Below are positions 7,895-17,534 of a stretch of 64,000 bases of DNA, in pieces. The notes under the pieces were generated by a model, which had not been told where the DNA came from, made no database searches, and saw nothing but the letters and a program-made list of their open reading frames with translations. This stretch comes from Planctomycetota bacterium. GTDB taxonomy: Bacteria; Planctomycetota; B15-G4. Position numbers and translations under genes: made by a program. The stretch's first letter is position 1. Every line of letters starts with the position of its first letter. The stretch spans positions 448,001 to 512,000 of the forward strand of contig CBDFJQ010000002.1 of NCBI GenBank assembly GCA_965248575.1, given 5' to 3'.

Positions 7895-9616
7895 CTACAT
7901 CTTCCGAGAGCGCTCCAAGGTGTCGCGCAACTCGGCCACCACTTCGTTTGTCTGCTTCGCGTCCAGAGTGAGGATGTCGCGCAGGGCCTCACCGATGTGC
8001 GGGATGTACTTCTCGATGTACTGGCGTTTCTTCAGCTCATCCGCGACGCGCTTGCGGCGGCGCAGGTAGCGGTTCATCAGGCGCCCACACTCCTGGAGTG
8101 CCAAGCGAAGCTCCTTGAGGATCTCTGGGTAGCTGGCCACGGCCTCCTTGGATTCCGAAGTGAAGGGCACCCAGGCGGACGCGATGTGCACCATGAAGAT
8201 GGCGGGGCCGACGGGCAGGCTGCCGCGCGGTTGGGACAGGCTGTAGGACTTCCAGTCGACGGACGTCACCGCCTTGGTGATGGCGCAGCCACCCGGCGAG
8301 TACTGCAATGGGACGCGGTTGGCGAAGCGCATGACGCGTACGGTGTTGTCCGCGTTCAAATCTCCGCCCAGGGCCACACCCACCTCGATCTGGAACGGGT
8401 TGCCGCGGTACACCGACGGCGGGCGCGTGCGGCTCACGAAGAACTCTGCCTCGCCGATCTCCTTCTCCAGCCCCTTCTGGATCAGCTCTTCGCCGATGGG
8501 CGACAGGCAGTTCGTGGGCGGGTTGCGGATCTTGACCTTGCTGATGGCCTTGTGCAGCGCTTCGGCCGACTTGTGCTCCAGGGACTTGACCCGGGAGCCC
8601 ACATCGAGCTTCGCCACCTCGCAGATCTCGGCTGCCGTCTTGGCGGACACCCGGCTGAAGTCCTTCTGCAGGAAGCTGCCGAGCTTCGAGGCGCTGGTGG
8701 TCTTCATGAGCTTCATGAGGACGCCCAGCTCGACGCCATAAGGGTGCGGCTTGATCTCGGCCGGGGCGTGCGGCAGCTGCTTGGTGGCGCGCTCGAAGAC
8801 TTGCGGTTCCGCGCGGTCTGGCCCGAAGTAGGTGATGGAAATGTGCGGGTTGGAGATGGCGGTCTGGGCAACGTACTCATCCACGCTTCCGCGGCCCTTG
8901 CTGTAGCGGGCCTCGAGCACGATCGTCACCTCGGTGCCGTGGTCCCGGTCCCACTCGATGACGCTGTGCTTGGTACGCACCGGCCGGTTCTTCGTGGTGT
9001 CGATGCGCACGCCGATCTCGATCGCGTCGTGCCGCTTGGAGATGCGGCTGCGGATCATGGTGGGCACGCCCGTGGTCATCTGGCCGTACATGCCCGCCGC
9101 CGAGATGCCGATGCCCTGCTGACCGCGGCTCTGGCGTAGCCGGTGGAATTTGCTGCCGTAGAGCAGTCGGGCGAAGACCGACTCGATCTGTTCCTCGAGA
9201 ATGCCGGGGCCGTTGTCAGAGACCGTGACCTGGAATCGATCTTCGTGCTTGGGCAGCGCCTTCACCGAAACGGTGATGTCCGGCAGGATCTTGGCCTCCT
9301 CGCACGCGTCCAAGGCGTTGTCCACGGCCTCCTTGACGGTGGTGAGCAGCGCCTTGCGCTTGCTGTCGAAGCCGAGCAGGTGCCGGTTCTTGGAGAAGAA
9401 CTCGCTGACCGAGATCTCGCGCGCCTGCTCCGCCATCTCGTGGGCGGCGGTCCTGCCCTTGCTCCCGCGCTTGCTCGGCGACTTGGCGCTGGCTCCGCGC
9501 GAGGTTTTCGGCGCGCCTGCCCCGGCGGCCTTGCCCTTTCCCTGCGCGATGCTCTTGGGAGAAGCCTTCTTGGCCGTCATGGGCTTTTCGCCAAAGAGCG
9601 TGCTCTGCGTATCCAT
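7895..9616 (-). CDS. top6B: DNA topoisomerase VI subunit B (start 9616 or 9580)
   Basis: EISVSEFFSKNRHLLGF, GHKL motifs KEAVDNALDA / DNGPG / YGSKF...QSRGQQGIGIS, H2TH region, RFANRVPL, VPFTSESKEA. Confidence 0.96.
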   Translation of the reverse strand: MDTQSTLFGEKPMTAKKASPKSIAQGKGKAAGAGAPKTSRGASAKSPSKRGSKGRTAAHEMAEQAREISVSEFFSKNRHLLGFDSKRKALLTTVKEAVDNALDACEEAKILPDITVSVKALPKHEDRFQVTVSDNGPGILEEQIESVFARLLYGSKFHRLRQSRGQQGIGISAAGMYGQMTTGVPTMIRSRISKRHDAIEIGVRIDTTKNRPVRTKHSVIEWDRDHGTEVTIVLEARYSKGRGSVDEYVAQTAISNPHISITYFGPDRAEPQVFERATKQLPHAPAEIKPHPYGVELGVLMKLMKTTSASKLGSFLQKDFSRVSAKTAAEICEVAKLDVGSRVKSLEHKSAEALHKAISKVKIRNPPTNCLSPIGEELIQKGLEKEIGEAEFFVSRTRPPSVYRGNPFQIEVGVALGGDLNADNTVRVMRFANRVPLQYSPGGCAITKAVTSVDWKSYSLSQPRGSLPVGPAIFMVHIASAWVPFTSESKEAVASYPEILKELRLALQECGRLMNRYLRRRKRVADELKKRQYIEKYIPHIGEALRDILTLDAKQTNEVVAELRDTLERSRKM

Positions 9617-9767
9617 AGGTGGTCGATTGCACTGAGAGGTGGGCAAACTCCTGGTGAACCCGGGGACTCAGCGTGGTCCTGGTGGCCCGGGGTGCCCGCT
9701 GTCGGCTGTCCGACATCGCGCGAGCCGACCGTATCGAGGCATCTCGGCGTGTTCAAGCGCGGGAGGC

Positions 9768-10550
9768 TCATCCCACCGCCGGGGGCAGCTCGGCGTGGTC
9801 TACGAGGCCGAAGGAGTGGGCCAGTTTTCCGTACAACTCAAGGCCTTGGCGTTCTCGTACGCCCAGGTCATAGCCAATGTTCTGGTCGAGATAGGAGCGG
9901 CAGTCCAGGGCCGACATGTCATGGGTCTTCGCGAACGCGTCGGCCAGTGCGTTTCGATGCTCCAGCCCGTGCGCGCGGGCTGCTTCGAGCATGGGTTTCA
10001 CGCGTGGGGCCTCGAGGTTGGGGCGCGTGAGCCACTGTGCGTAGACGAAGGGCAGGCCTGTGTGCTCGGTCCAGAACTCGCCGAGGTCGAGGACGTCGTG
10101 CGCTCCGGGAGCGGTGCGCAGGGCCGGATCGCCAATGCGCAGGATGGCGTCCCCTTCGATGTCGTTCAGCGGGCGGTCGGGAGCAGCAGGCAGGGTGACG
10201 AGCTCGTCCAGGCCAAGGAATGCCCGCAGGCAGACCTGGCTCATGACAGCCGCGGACAGGCTGGATGTGTCCAGCGCCAGCTTCCGCACGGAGGACAGCG
10301 GGACGCGCAGGTAGAGCAGGATGCTTCGAACAGGCCCCTCGCTGGTGATGGCGGGGCCGTCGATCCAACCCAGGGCAGGGGCCCTGAAGAGCTCCACCGA
10401 GGAGACCAAAGCCAGGTCCAGCTCGCCGGCGCGCAGTCGGGGGGCGAGGCGCGCCGGCAACTCCTGGATGAGCTGGACGTCCTCCGCAAAGCGCAGGCCG
10501 TCCACGAGGGGCAGGGCGTTGAGATAGGGGACTGTTCCGAGACGCCACAT
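9768..10550 (-). CDS. mqnA: Chorismate dehydratase (futalosine menaquinone pathway)
   Basis: RLGTVPYLNALPL, GPVRSILL, ALDTSSLS, IGDPAL, DLGEFWTEHTGLPFVYAQW. Confidence 0.92.
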   Translation of the reverse strand: MWRLGTVPYLNALPLVDGLRFAEDVQLIQELPARLAPRLRAGELDLALVSSVELFRAPALGWIDGPAITSEGPVRSILLYLRVPLSSVRKLALDTSSLSAAVMSQVCLRAFLGLDELVTLPAAPDRPLNDIEGDAILRIGDPALRTAPGAHDVLDLGEFWTEHTGLPFVYAQWLTRPNLEAPRVKPMLEAARAHGLEHRNALADAFAKTHDMSALDCRSYLDQNIGYDLGVRERQGLELYGKLAHSFGLVDHAELPPAVG

Positions 10551-10724
10551 GGGGTGCAGAGACTACCGGTCGAAGCCCCCGCTTCGTAGGGGCAGGCCGG
10601 ATGGGCAAGATCATCAGCTGCAGGTCTCCGGTGTATGCTTCGGGCCCATGGCCCTCCGTCCTCTCCCCTCCCTTCTCCCCAGGAACGGGCAGCGCCCCGC
10701 GCGCGCTCCGAGATCGCCTTGACC

Positions 10725-12389
10725 ATGCCCTCGAGACCGTCCGTGAGTCCCCTGAAACCCGCGCCCAAGCGGCCGCGAGCCGGGGCTGTCGCCCGGGCCC
10801 GGACCTGGACTCGGTGCAGCGCCTGGGCCGTCGTCCTGATGACTCTCACGGCCTGCCCTGCAGTGGAAGCCCAGGATGCGGACGCCCAGGATGCGGACGC
10901 CCAGGGTGTGGACGCCCAAGGTGTGGACGCCCAGGGTGTGGACACAAGTGCCAAGCTCCCGTTCCATGTGGACGAGGTGCTCCACAATCCCACCACGGAG
11001 GGTGTGACCCTCTCGTTCTGCCCAGCTGAGGACGTCTTGGTTCGGGTGGAGTACGGGGATCTGAAGGACGGCCTGCTCCAGACAACCGAGCAAGCCGCTG
11101 CTGCGGGGGAGATGGTCATGCTGCCCCTGGGCAAACTGGCGCCGGGCAGGGAGTTCCAATACCAGCTGGTGGTCCGGCGCTCCGAGGGGGCGCCGGAATG
11201 GCGTCGGCCCGTTCACCACTTCAGGACCCTGCGTGAAGTGGGCGGCTCCTTCAGCTTCGCGGTTCTGGCGGACCCTCACGCCTGGGCCATGTGGACGCGA
11301 AAAGCCTGCGGCAGCAGTCCCGGTGGTTACGACGTGATGAAAAGGGCGATGACGAACATCCGGGCTGACGAAAGCATCGACTTCGTGGTGGTGGGGACCG
11401 ACAGCGTCATGACGCTCTGTGGCAATGGGTGCAAGAGCTGCAAGGTGAGTGGCGAGCGAGTCGCACAGGGTGACAGCACCAGCCTGAGGGACGCGGAGCT
11501 GCGCTATCGCGCCGTGTTGTCGAAGGACATCTACGGACTCTTCGCTGCGGACAAGCCCATGCTCTACATGCTGGGCGACCACGACGGTGAAAAGGGTTGG
11601 ACCATCGATGGCGGGGCGGGGGAATACACCAAGCAACAGCAGGACCTGAGCTTCGGGGCGCGGCGCCAGTCCATTCCCAACGCGTATGCAAGCTACGGAG
11701 GGGACCCAAAAGGGGCGTACTACGCGCTGCGGACGGGAGACCTGCTGTTGGTCGTGTTGGCCGCCCAGCGCTACAGCAGCGAAATCCCCATGGGGCCGGA
11801 CAATTGGAGTCTGGGTGAGGCCCAGCTGATCTGGCTCGAGGAGACGCTGGGGGAGTCGGATGCCGCCTTCAAGATCGTCACGGCCGAGCACCTTGTGGGT
11901 GGCTCAGGGGATCCGGACGGCCCCAGCTGGAAGGCACGGGGTGGCCTCAAGGCCACGGACAACGGGGAGATCAACGGCACCTTCCTCGGCGAGCAGTTCC
12001 TGATCCACGAGATGATGAAAGAGCACGGCGCGCAGCTCTTCCTGTCGTTCCACGATCACATCGTGGCATGGGGAGAGAAGGTCAACGCTGACTTCGAAGG
12101 TGAGGGGGTCTTCTACGCCATCGGGGGGCAAGGAGCCGCAGCAGGGCCTCCGACCTGGTCGAGCCATGCCTGGTACAAGGCCGAGATGGACTACGACAAC
12201 GACGGCGTACCCGAGTACCAGAGCGGCAAGACGGGCACCCTGGCCAAGGGCCACTTCAAGGTGACCGTGCATGGAACGGACCAGATGGTCCTCGACTACA
12301 TCGAGGCGAGCACGAACAAACGCAAGAACGGCAGGACGGTCCTGAGCTTCACCATCGACGGGCCGGGGGAGTCCGAGGCCGACAACTAG
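10725..12389 (+). CDS. Secreted calcineurin-like metallophosphoesterase with purple-acid-phosphatase/PhoD-like N-terminal beta domain (start uncertain)
   Basis: 'LAPGREFQYQL...FRTL' N-domain; metal motifs ADPH, GTD, GDHD, AEH, FHDH; 'LGEAQLIWLEETL'. Confidence 0.75.
   Translation: MPSRPSVSPLKPAPKRPRAGAVARARTWTRCSAWAVVLMTLTACPAVEAQDADAQDADAQGVDAQGVDAQGVDTSAKLPFHVDEVLHNPTTEGVTLSFCPAEDVLVRVEYGDLKDGLLQTTEQAAAAGEMVMLPLGKLAPGREFQYQLVVRRSEGAPEWRRPVHHFRTLREVGGSFSFAVLADPHAWAMWTRKACGSSPGGYDVMKRAMTNIRADESIDFVVVGTDSVMTLCGNGCKSCKVSGERVAQGDSTSLRDAELRYRAVLSKDIYGLFAADKPMLYMLGDHDGEKGWTIDGGAGEYTKQQQDLSFGARRQSIPNAYASYGGDPKGAYYALRTGDLLLVVLAAQRYSSEIPMGPDNWSLGEAQLIWLEETLGESDAAFKIVTAEHLVGGSGDPDGPSWKARGGLKATDNGEINGTFLGEQFLIHEMMKEHGAQLFLSFHDHIVAWGEKVNADFEGEGVFYAIGGQGAAAGPPTWSSHAWYKAEMDYDNDGVPEYQSGKTGTLAKGHFKVTVHGTDQMVLDYIEASTNKRKNGRTVLSFTIDGPGESEADN
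10869..10943 (+). repeat. Five tandem 15-bp units GCCCA(G/A)G(A/G)TG(C/T)GGAC encoding AQDAD/AQGVD
   Basis: Read directly; lies just after the predicted signal peptide. Confidence 0.95.
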
Positions 12390-12429
12390 CCGCAGCAGGG
12401 CGTGCGCCCCGCGCGGCCGACGACGATCG

Positions 12430-13671
12430 TCAGAGTGTTTCGGCGAGGGCTTCCATACCCGCGAACCACTTTGCCTCGAACTTGTCCTTGCTCTCCGTCT
12501 TGAAGACCTTCTGGAAGTCCGTCATCGAGGACTTGCCCTCGTAGGCCGATCTCAGGAAATCCACGAACTGGTCAGCTCGGCTTCCGCCGTTGCCGTGCAT
12601 CAGGAAGTACACGAGGTTGTAGGACTGGGCGTACTTCAGTTGGCGGTTCACCGTGGATTCGTAGTCGTCCGACTGGAAGGCCAGGACCCTTGAGAGGTCG
12701 TAGGGGTCGTCCGTGTTGACCTGCGCGCGCACATAGCTCGATTCGACGGAGGTCCGGTCGAAACTCGAGAAGCCCAGCTCTCCACCCATGCCGGTGGCGA
12801 AGATCTCAGCCATGCCTTCGTTGAGCCAGGAGGGGATCTTCCCCTTGCCCCCCCGGCTGCGCACGGTCGTCATGTAGAAGACATGGTGGACGGCTTCGTG
12901 AATCAGGTTGCCCAGCCAGGGCTTTTGCTGTCCGTTGACGTGGGTCAGGCGATCGCTGGAATCGAAGTGGGCGCCGCGCCCGTCGCTGGGGTTGGGGTAG
13001 GACTCGCCGTCGGCATGCGCCTGGATGTCCATGGACTCGTCGGGCTCGAGCAGGCGCAGATCCGTCTGGTTGGCGGCGTAGAAGGCCGCATAGAAGCGCT
13101 CGAGGTCGAGCAGTGCGCGAATCGCCTGCCCCAAAGGCAAGTTGGACTGCATCGTGTAGTGCACGCTGTGCAGAGCCCAACGGTCCTTCCACTTTTCGAT
13201 AACGATGGCAAGCTCGCTGGTGCGGTACCACTTGCTGCCCTTCTTGTAGGACCAATGCCCCTTCCGCTCCCGGCAGCCCAGGGCTTCGAGAGCGACCGGT
13301 TGCTTTGAGTCCGCGAGCAGTGCAGCCAGGAACAGCGCCTCGGCTTCCCCTGCGAGGCGAGAGGCCCCTGCGTATTGAGCGAGTTCAACCAGGGCGACGC
13401 CATCGCGCATGATGTCGGGGCCCTTGGCGTCGAGGCGCTTGAGCAGCTCGGCGAGGTGCCGCACGCGTGAGTCCACTTCTTCCACGTCGGCGCGGTCGTA
13501 CTCCTTGTCCTTCGACCCCTTGCGCAGGATCACCACCTCGTCGTCTTCGTAGACGACTCGACCTTCACGTGCCTTGCCGGTGGTCAGGAGGACGGTGTCC
13601 GCCTCGACGGTGTCATCCCCCAGCGGGAGCAGCAGGGTGGAGGCGAGGAACAGGGCCAGGGTGCAGGTCAT
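12430..13671 (-). CDS. Exported zinc metallopeptidase-like protein (DUF1570 / peptidase MA-like)
   Basis: Signal peptide; 'DTVLLTTGKAREGRV' N-domain; LIHEAVHH (HExxH), PSWLNEGMAE, YAQSYNLVYFLMH. Confidence 0.8.
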   Translation of the reverse strand: MTCTLALFLASTLLLPLGDDTVEADTVLLTTGKAREGRVVYEDDEVVILRKGSKDKEYDRADVEEVDSRVRHLAELLKRLDAKGPDIMRDGVALVELAQYAGASRLAGEAEALFLAALLADSKQPVALEALGCRERKGHWSYKKGSKWYRTSELAIVIEKWKDRWALHSVHYTMQSNLPLGQAIRALLDLERFYAAFYAANQTDLRLLEPDESMDIQAHADGESYPNPSDGRGAHFDSSDRLTHVNGQQKPWLGNLIHEAVHHVFYMTTVRSRGGKGKIPSWLNEGMAEIFATGMGGELGFSSFDRTSVESSYVRAQVNTDDPYDLSRVLAFQSDDYESTVNRQLKYAQSYNLVYFLMHGNGGSRADQFVDFLRSAYEGKSSMTDFQKVFKTESKDKFEAKWFAGMEALAETL

Positions 13672-13761
13672 GACAGGGTCTCGCACGGGCAGTCAACGAA
13701 TCGTGGGCAGAGCCAGACACACTAACAAGCATGTGTGCGGATGCGTGCCCAGAGCATCTTG

Positions 13762-15759
13762 CTAGCGGACCCCGAGGATGTCGTCCAGTGCGATGCCTGC
13801 ATCCACCAGGTAGTTGGTGCTCATCCGCAGGGCAGCGTGCCAGGGAGCCTTGCTCTTTTCAGCGACCCGTCCCAGGGCTGCACAGGCACTCGCGCGGCTC
13901 TGTGAGTCCAGGGAGGTGTCTGCCGCAGCTCGGGCCAGGGACTGGACGCTGTCGCTGTGCTGGAGCACACCCAGGGCCTGGGAGAGTCCCAGGCGTCCTT
14001 CGAGGCTGCTCTCGTTCTCATAGCGTTTGCTGATGCGACCGTGGGTTGCCGATTGCCCCAGCAGGCGGCAGGCGAGTCCCGTGGAACGACGGAAGGCGCT
14101 GCCGCCGCCCTTCCGGGTCACGGACTGCTCGAGCATGGGAGCCGCCTCGATGTGCCCCATGAAGCCGAGCGCCAAGGCGAGGTAGCCACGCAGCTCCTCA
14201 TCGCCGGTTCGACCGAAGTCTTTCAGCAGCCTCTCACCCGCAGAGCCGACGCCGGCCAGGCCAAGCCCCAGTGCATAGGCGCCGCGAGTCTGGGGGTCCT
14301 TGACGTCGTCGTAGGCGTCCATCAGGCGCTCGGCGAGCTTGCGCTTCGCCGCCGGTTGGCCGCGCATGTAGACACCCGCTGCCAGGGCTGCCCACGGGCG
14401 GTCCTGGCTCCGTCGGGGTTTGGAGACCGCCTTGGCGAGGAATTTCGCGAGCGTGTCGTGAAGCTCCGTGTTTCTCGAAGGCTGCTCGTCGCGGGCACCC
14501 AAGGTCGCCAAGCTCATCACTGCGAAGTGACGGCTCGCGTTGTCCTTGCTGTCTTCGCAGAGCTTGATGAGCGTTTCCACCGCGTCCAGGCGATCCGCTG
14601 CGGCCAGCTCGCCGAGGCCGATGATGGTCGACTGCTGCACTCGACGGTCGGTGTCGCGGTCCTTGAGCACGGAGAGCAAGGCATCCACGGCGCCCTGGCG
14701 ATTCTGTTTTCCGAGCGCGGTAGGGATCGCGCTGCGAATGCTCGGCTCCATGCGTTCGTCGTGAATCTTGCTCATGAGGTAGTCCACCGCCATGGAGGCC
14801 TTCGGGTTGCGCATGATGCCCATGGCGTGGATGGCTGAGCGCTTCGTGGCCGCCTCGGAATCGGGCAGGCGCTCGACCATGTCGATCAGGGAAGCTACGG
14901 ATGCTGGATCATCCGCGAAGCCCAGGGCGAGGGTCGCGGCCGCGCGCATGAAGGCGGGGACCTCCGTCTCGGCCACCAGGCGATGGCCCGCGCTGGAGCA
15001 GGTCGCGAGGTCGAGCAGGGTGCTCGATTCGGTGTTGCCCAGGAGGCCCAAGCTGAGCGTGGCTGCTTGCCTAACTTCGTCGCTCTCGTGGCGGAGCAGG
15101 GGAATAAGCGTCTCGCTGACCACGGACTCAAAGGGCGCTTCCACCGTGCTGCCGAGCGCGCGCACCGCGGCATTCACCACTTGGGGGTCGTCGGCTTGGT
15201 CAACCAGGGCCATGAGCGAGGGCACGATGCTCGTGTAGATCACGGAGCGGGTGGGCCGGGCGGAGGCGCTCGATGCGCGATGGGATGTACCGCGACCAGT
15301 GAGCCCCCGGCCTGAGGCGGTCAAGCTGGCAGCAGAGCGGACAGGCTCGACATCCCACAGGAAGGCATCCTGGTTGCGAGCCCACCAACTGTTCCAGGAA
15401 TCCAGTTCGCGACCGATAAGGCTGCACGAGCTGGGCTTGCTCAATCCGCCTCCGGTGCTGGCAGCGACGCGGCCGCTGATGCCGCGGGTGCCGCTGGACG
15501 TGCTGGTCGGGACGGCAGCCGAGGGACCCCCGCCACTCGTGCCAGCGGCCGCGCGAGCCTGTGCGCCTTTGGCTTTCGAGCTTCCTGCACTTGTTGAAGC
15601 CCCACCCGAGCCCGAGTCGGCGTAGCCGCTGGCGCCGGGGCCGCTCCCTGCACCACTGCCTGTCGGAGCGGAGCCTCCGCCCGAAGGGCATTGGGAGCTG
15701 GTGTGCGTGCACAACACCAGAAGCGGGATGAGCGCGGCGAGCAGTGAGGCTCTGAGCAT
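13762..15759 (-). CDS. Exported HEAT-repeat protein with Gly/Ser-rich N-terminus
   Basis: Signal peptide, low-complexity G/S/A tract, WNSWWARN motif, many 'R..A..ALG' helical repeats; paralog of 45211-47160. Confidence 0.8.
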   Translation of the reverse strand: MLRASLLAALIPLLVLCTHTSSQCPSGGGSAPTGSGAGSGPGASGYADSGSGGASTSAGSSKAKGAQARAAAGTSGGGPSAAVPTSTSSGTRGISGRVAASTGGGLSKPSSCSLIGRELDSWNSWWARNQDAFLWDVEPVRSAASLTASGRGLTGRGTSHRASSASARPTRSVIYTSIVPSLMALVDQADDPQVVNAAVRALGSTVEAPFESVVSETLIPLLRHESDEVRQAATLSLGLLGNTESSTLLDLATCSSAGHRLVAETEVPAFMRAAATLALGFADDPASVASLIDMVERLPDSEAATKRSAIHAMGIMRNPKASMAVDYLMSKIHDERMEPSIRSAIPTALGKQNRQGAVDALLSVLKDRDTDRRVQQSTIIGLGELAAADRLDAVETLIKLCEDSKDNASRHFAVMSLATLGARDEQPSRNTELHDTLAKFLAKAVSKPRRSQDRPWAALAAGVYMRGQPAAKRKLAERLMDAYDDVKDPQTRGAYALGLGLAGVGSAGERLLKDFGRTGDEELRGYLALALGFMGHIEAAPMLEQSVTRKGGGSAFRRSTGLACRLLGQSATHGRISKRYENESSLEGRLGLSQALGVLQHSDSVQSLARAAADTSLDSQSRASACAALGRVAEKSKAPWHAALRMSTNYLVDAGIALDDILGVR

Positions 15760-16126
15760 AGGAGGGCTCCAGGAAGAGAGGCATCGTACGCCCGGGACCT
15801 GAGTCCTGCGTGCGAGTGCTGACTATCAAGGGCAATCGGAGTTGGAGACCGGAGCTGGACGCACGGTGTCTCCTGTTTTTGACGGCAAGGATCCGTTCTG
15901 TTGGATTCATCCCTCGGTTCCTGGGGCAGATCCAGGGCCAGTTCCAGGGGATTGGCGCACATCGGCGCTGTGGTCCGAGCAGGCGGATCCGCATACTGGC
16001 CCCGGAATCCGAGCTTCTGGGCTCCCAAGGATGCGACGTCTTGCCGACGCCCGAAGGGGGCCTCGGGGTGTCCCCCTGGGAGGTCTGGGGCGGATCCAAC
16101 TACGTTGCGCTGTCTCCGGAGTACCC

Positions 16127-16735
16127 ATGAAGAACCTGATCCTGATTCTCCTGCTGGTCATTGTCCTCCCGCTGTTGATCCTCGGCGGCATGGCCTGGAG
16201 TTCCCACAGCGGCCTCGTCGCCGGTGAAGAGACGGTGACGGCTTCCTGGAGCGAGATCGACAACCAATACAAGCGGCGCATGGACCTGATTCCACAGTTG
16301 GTGGAAACGGTCAAGGGCGTCGCTGAGTACGAACAGACGACCCTGCAGCAGGTGGTCGAAGCCCGTGCAAGCGTGGGGCGTGTGCAGCTGCCGGAAGGCT
16401 TGCCCACCGATTCGGCCCAGATGGAGGCCTACATCAGTGCCCAGCGCGGCCTGGGCGGAGCCCTCGGTCGGCTCTTCGCCGTGAGTGAGAACTACCCGGG
16501 GCTGCGTGCCACGGAGAGCTTCCTCTCACTCCAGGACCAGATCGAAGGGACGGAGAATCGCATCACGGTCGCCCGCGGTGATTTCATCCAGGCGGTCAAG
16601 GCCTACAACACCAAGGTGCGCCAGTTCCCCGGGAACGTCATGGCGGGCCTGCTCGGCTTCGAGCGGGCGGCAACCCTTCCCGCTGAAGAGGCGTCTCACG
16701 ACACGCCGGTGATCGACTTCGGCAAGGAGGGCTGA
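16127..16735 (+). CDS. lemA: LemA family protein
   Basis: N-terminal TM; WSEIDNQYKRRMDLIPQLVETVKG, ENYPGLRA, LQDQIEGTENRITVAR. Confidence 0.95.
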   Translation: MKNLILILLLVIVLPLLILGGMAWSSHSGLVAGEETVTASWSEIDNQYKRRMDLIPQLVETVKGVAEYEQTTLQQVVEARASVGRVQLPEGLPTDSAQMEAYISAQRGLGGALGRLFAVSENYPGLRATESFLSLQDQIEGTENRITVARGDFIQAVKAYNTKVRQFPGNVMAGLLGFERAATLPAEEASHDTPVIDFGKEG

Positions 16736-16739
16736 GGAC

Positions 16740-17534
16740 TTGCGTCCAGCTCTCAGAGTTCTCGTCGCCCTTGCCGTCAGTGTTCTGGTGTGCGCTTCGG
16801 CGGCTGCGTCGTGGCCGCCGGCTGATTTCGTCATTCCGGCCCACGACGGCTGGGTGACGGATACGGCAGGCATGCTGTCTGCTTCGGAGGAGTCCTCGCT
16901 CGAGGACCTGATGCAGTCGTACCAGTCGGGCACAGGGCATGACCTCGCGGTCCTCACCGTGCGTTCGCTGGACGGAGACGTGCTGGAGCAGGTGGCGCTG
17001 GACGTGGCCAGGAGTTGGAAGCTCGGGCGCGAGGGGAAGAACGATGGGGCTCTGCTGCTCGTCGTCGCCGACGAGCGTGTGATGCGCATCGAAGTGGGGT
17101 ACGGCTTGGAGGGTGGCCTGACGGATTCCATCGCGGGGCGCATCATCCGCAACGTCATCAAACCCCAGTTTCAGGCAGGCCGTTTCGGCGTCGGAATCCG
17201 CGCGGGCGTCGAGGCCATGCACGCCGCGATCGGTGGTGACTACGGCCCGATCGAGAAGGCGTCGCGGGGGCGATCTAGGGGCGGCATGGGTGTGATGTCA
17301 GCGCTCTTCTATCTGATCTTCTTCGGCATGATGGCAGGCCGCGGTGGGCGTCGGGGCCGCGGTGGGCGCGGCGGCAGCGGGCTGCTCTGGGGCTACTTCC
17401 TGGGACGCTCCTTTGGCCATGGTGGGGGCTTCGGAAGCAGCGGTGGGGGGAGCAGCTTCGGCGGCGGCAGCTCGTTCGGTGGGTTCGGCGGTGGTGGTGG
17501 CTTCGGCGGCGGCGGTTCTTCGGGAGGTTGGTGA
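16740..17534 (+). CDS. TPM-domain (YgcG/DUF477) protein with Gly-rich C-tail
   Basis: VTDTAGMLS, WKLGREGKNDGALLLV, RIEVGYGLEGGLTD, tail GGFGGGGGFGGGGSSGGW. Confidence 0.92.
   Translation: MRPALRVLVALAVSVLVCASAAASWPPADFVIPAHDGWVTDTAGMLSASEESSLEDLMQSYQSGTGHDLAVLTVRSLDGDVLEQVALDVARSWKLGREGKNDGALLLVVADERVMRIEVGYGLEGGLTDSIAGRIIRNVIKPQFQAGRFGVGIRAGVEAMHAAIGGDYGPIEKASRGRSRGGMGVMSALFYLIFFGMMAGRGGRRGRGGRGGSGLLWGYFLGRSFGHGGGFGSSGGGSSFGGGSSFGGFGGGGGFGGGGSSGGW

Noticed and set aside
15844..15880. Possible terminator GGAGAC...GTCTCC-TGTTTTT in the HEAT/lemA divergent gap
   Set aside because: Stem is short with a large irregular interior, and no upstream + strand gene needs terminating; no ncRNA could be supported
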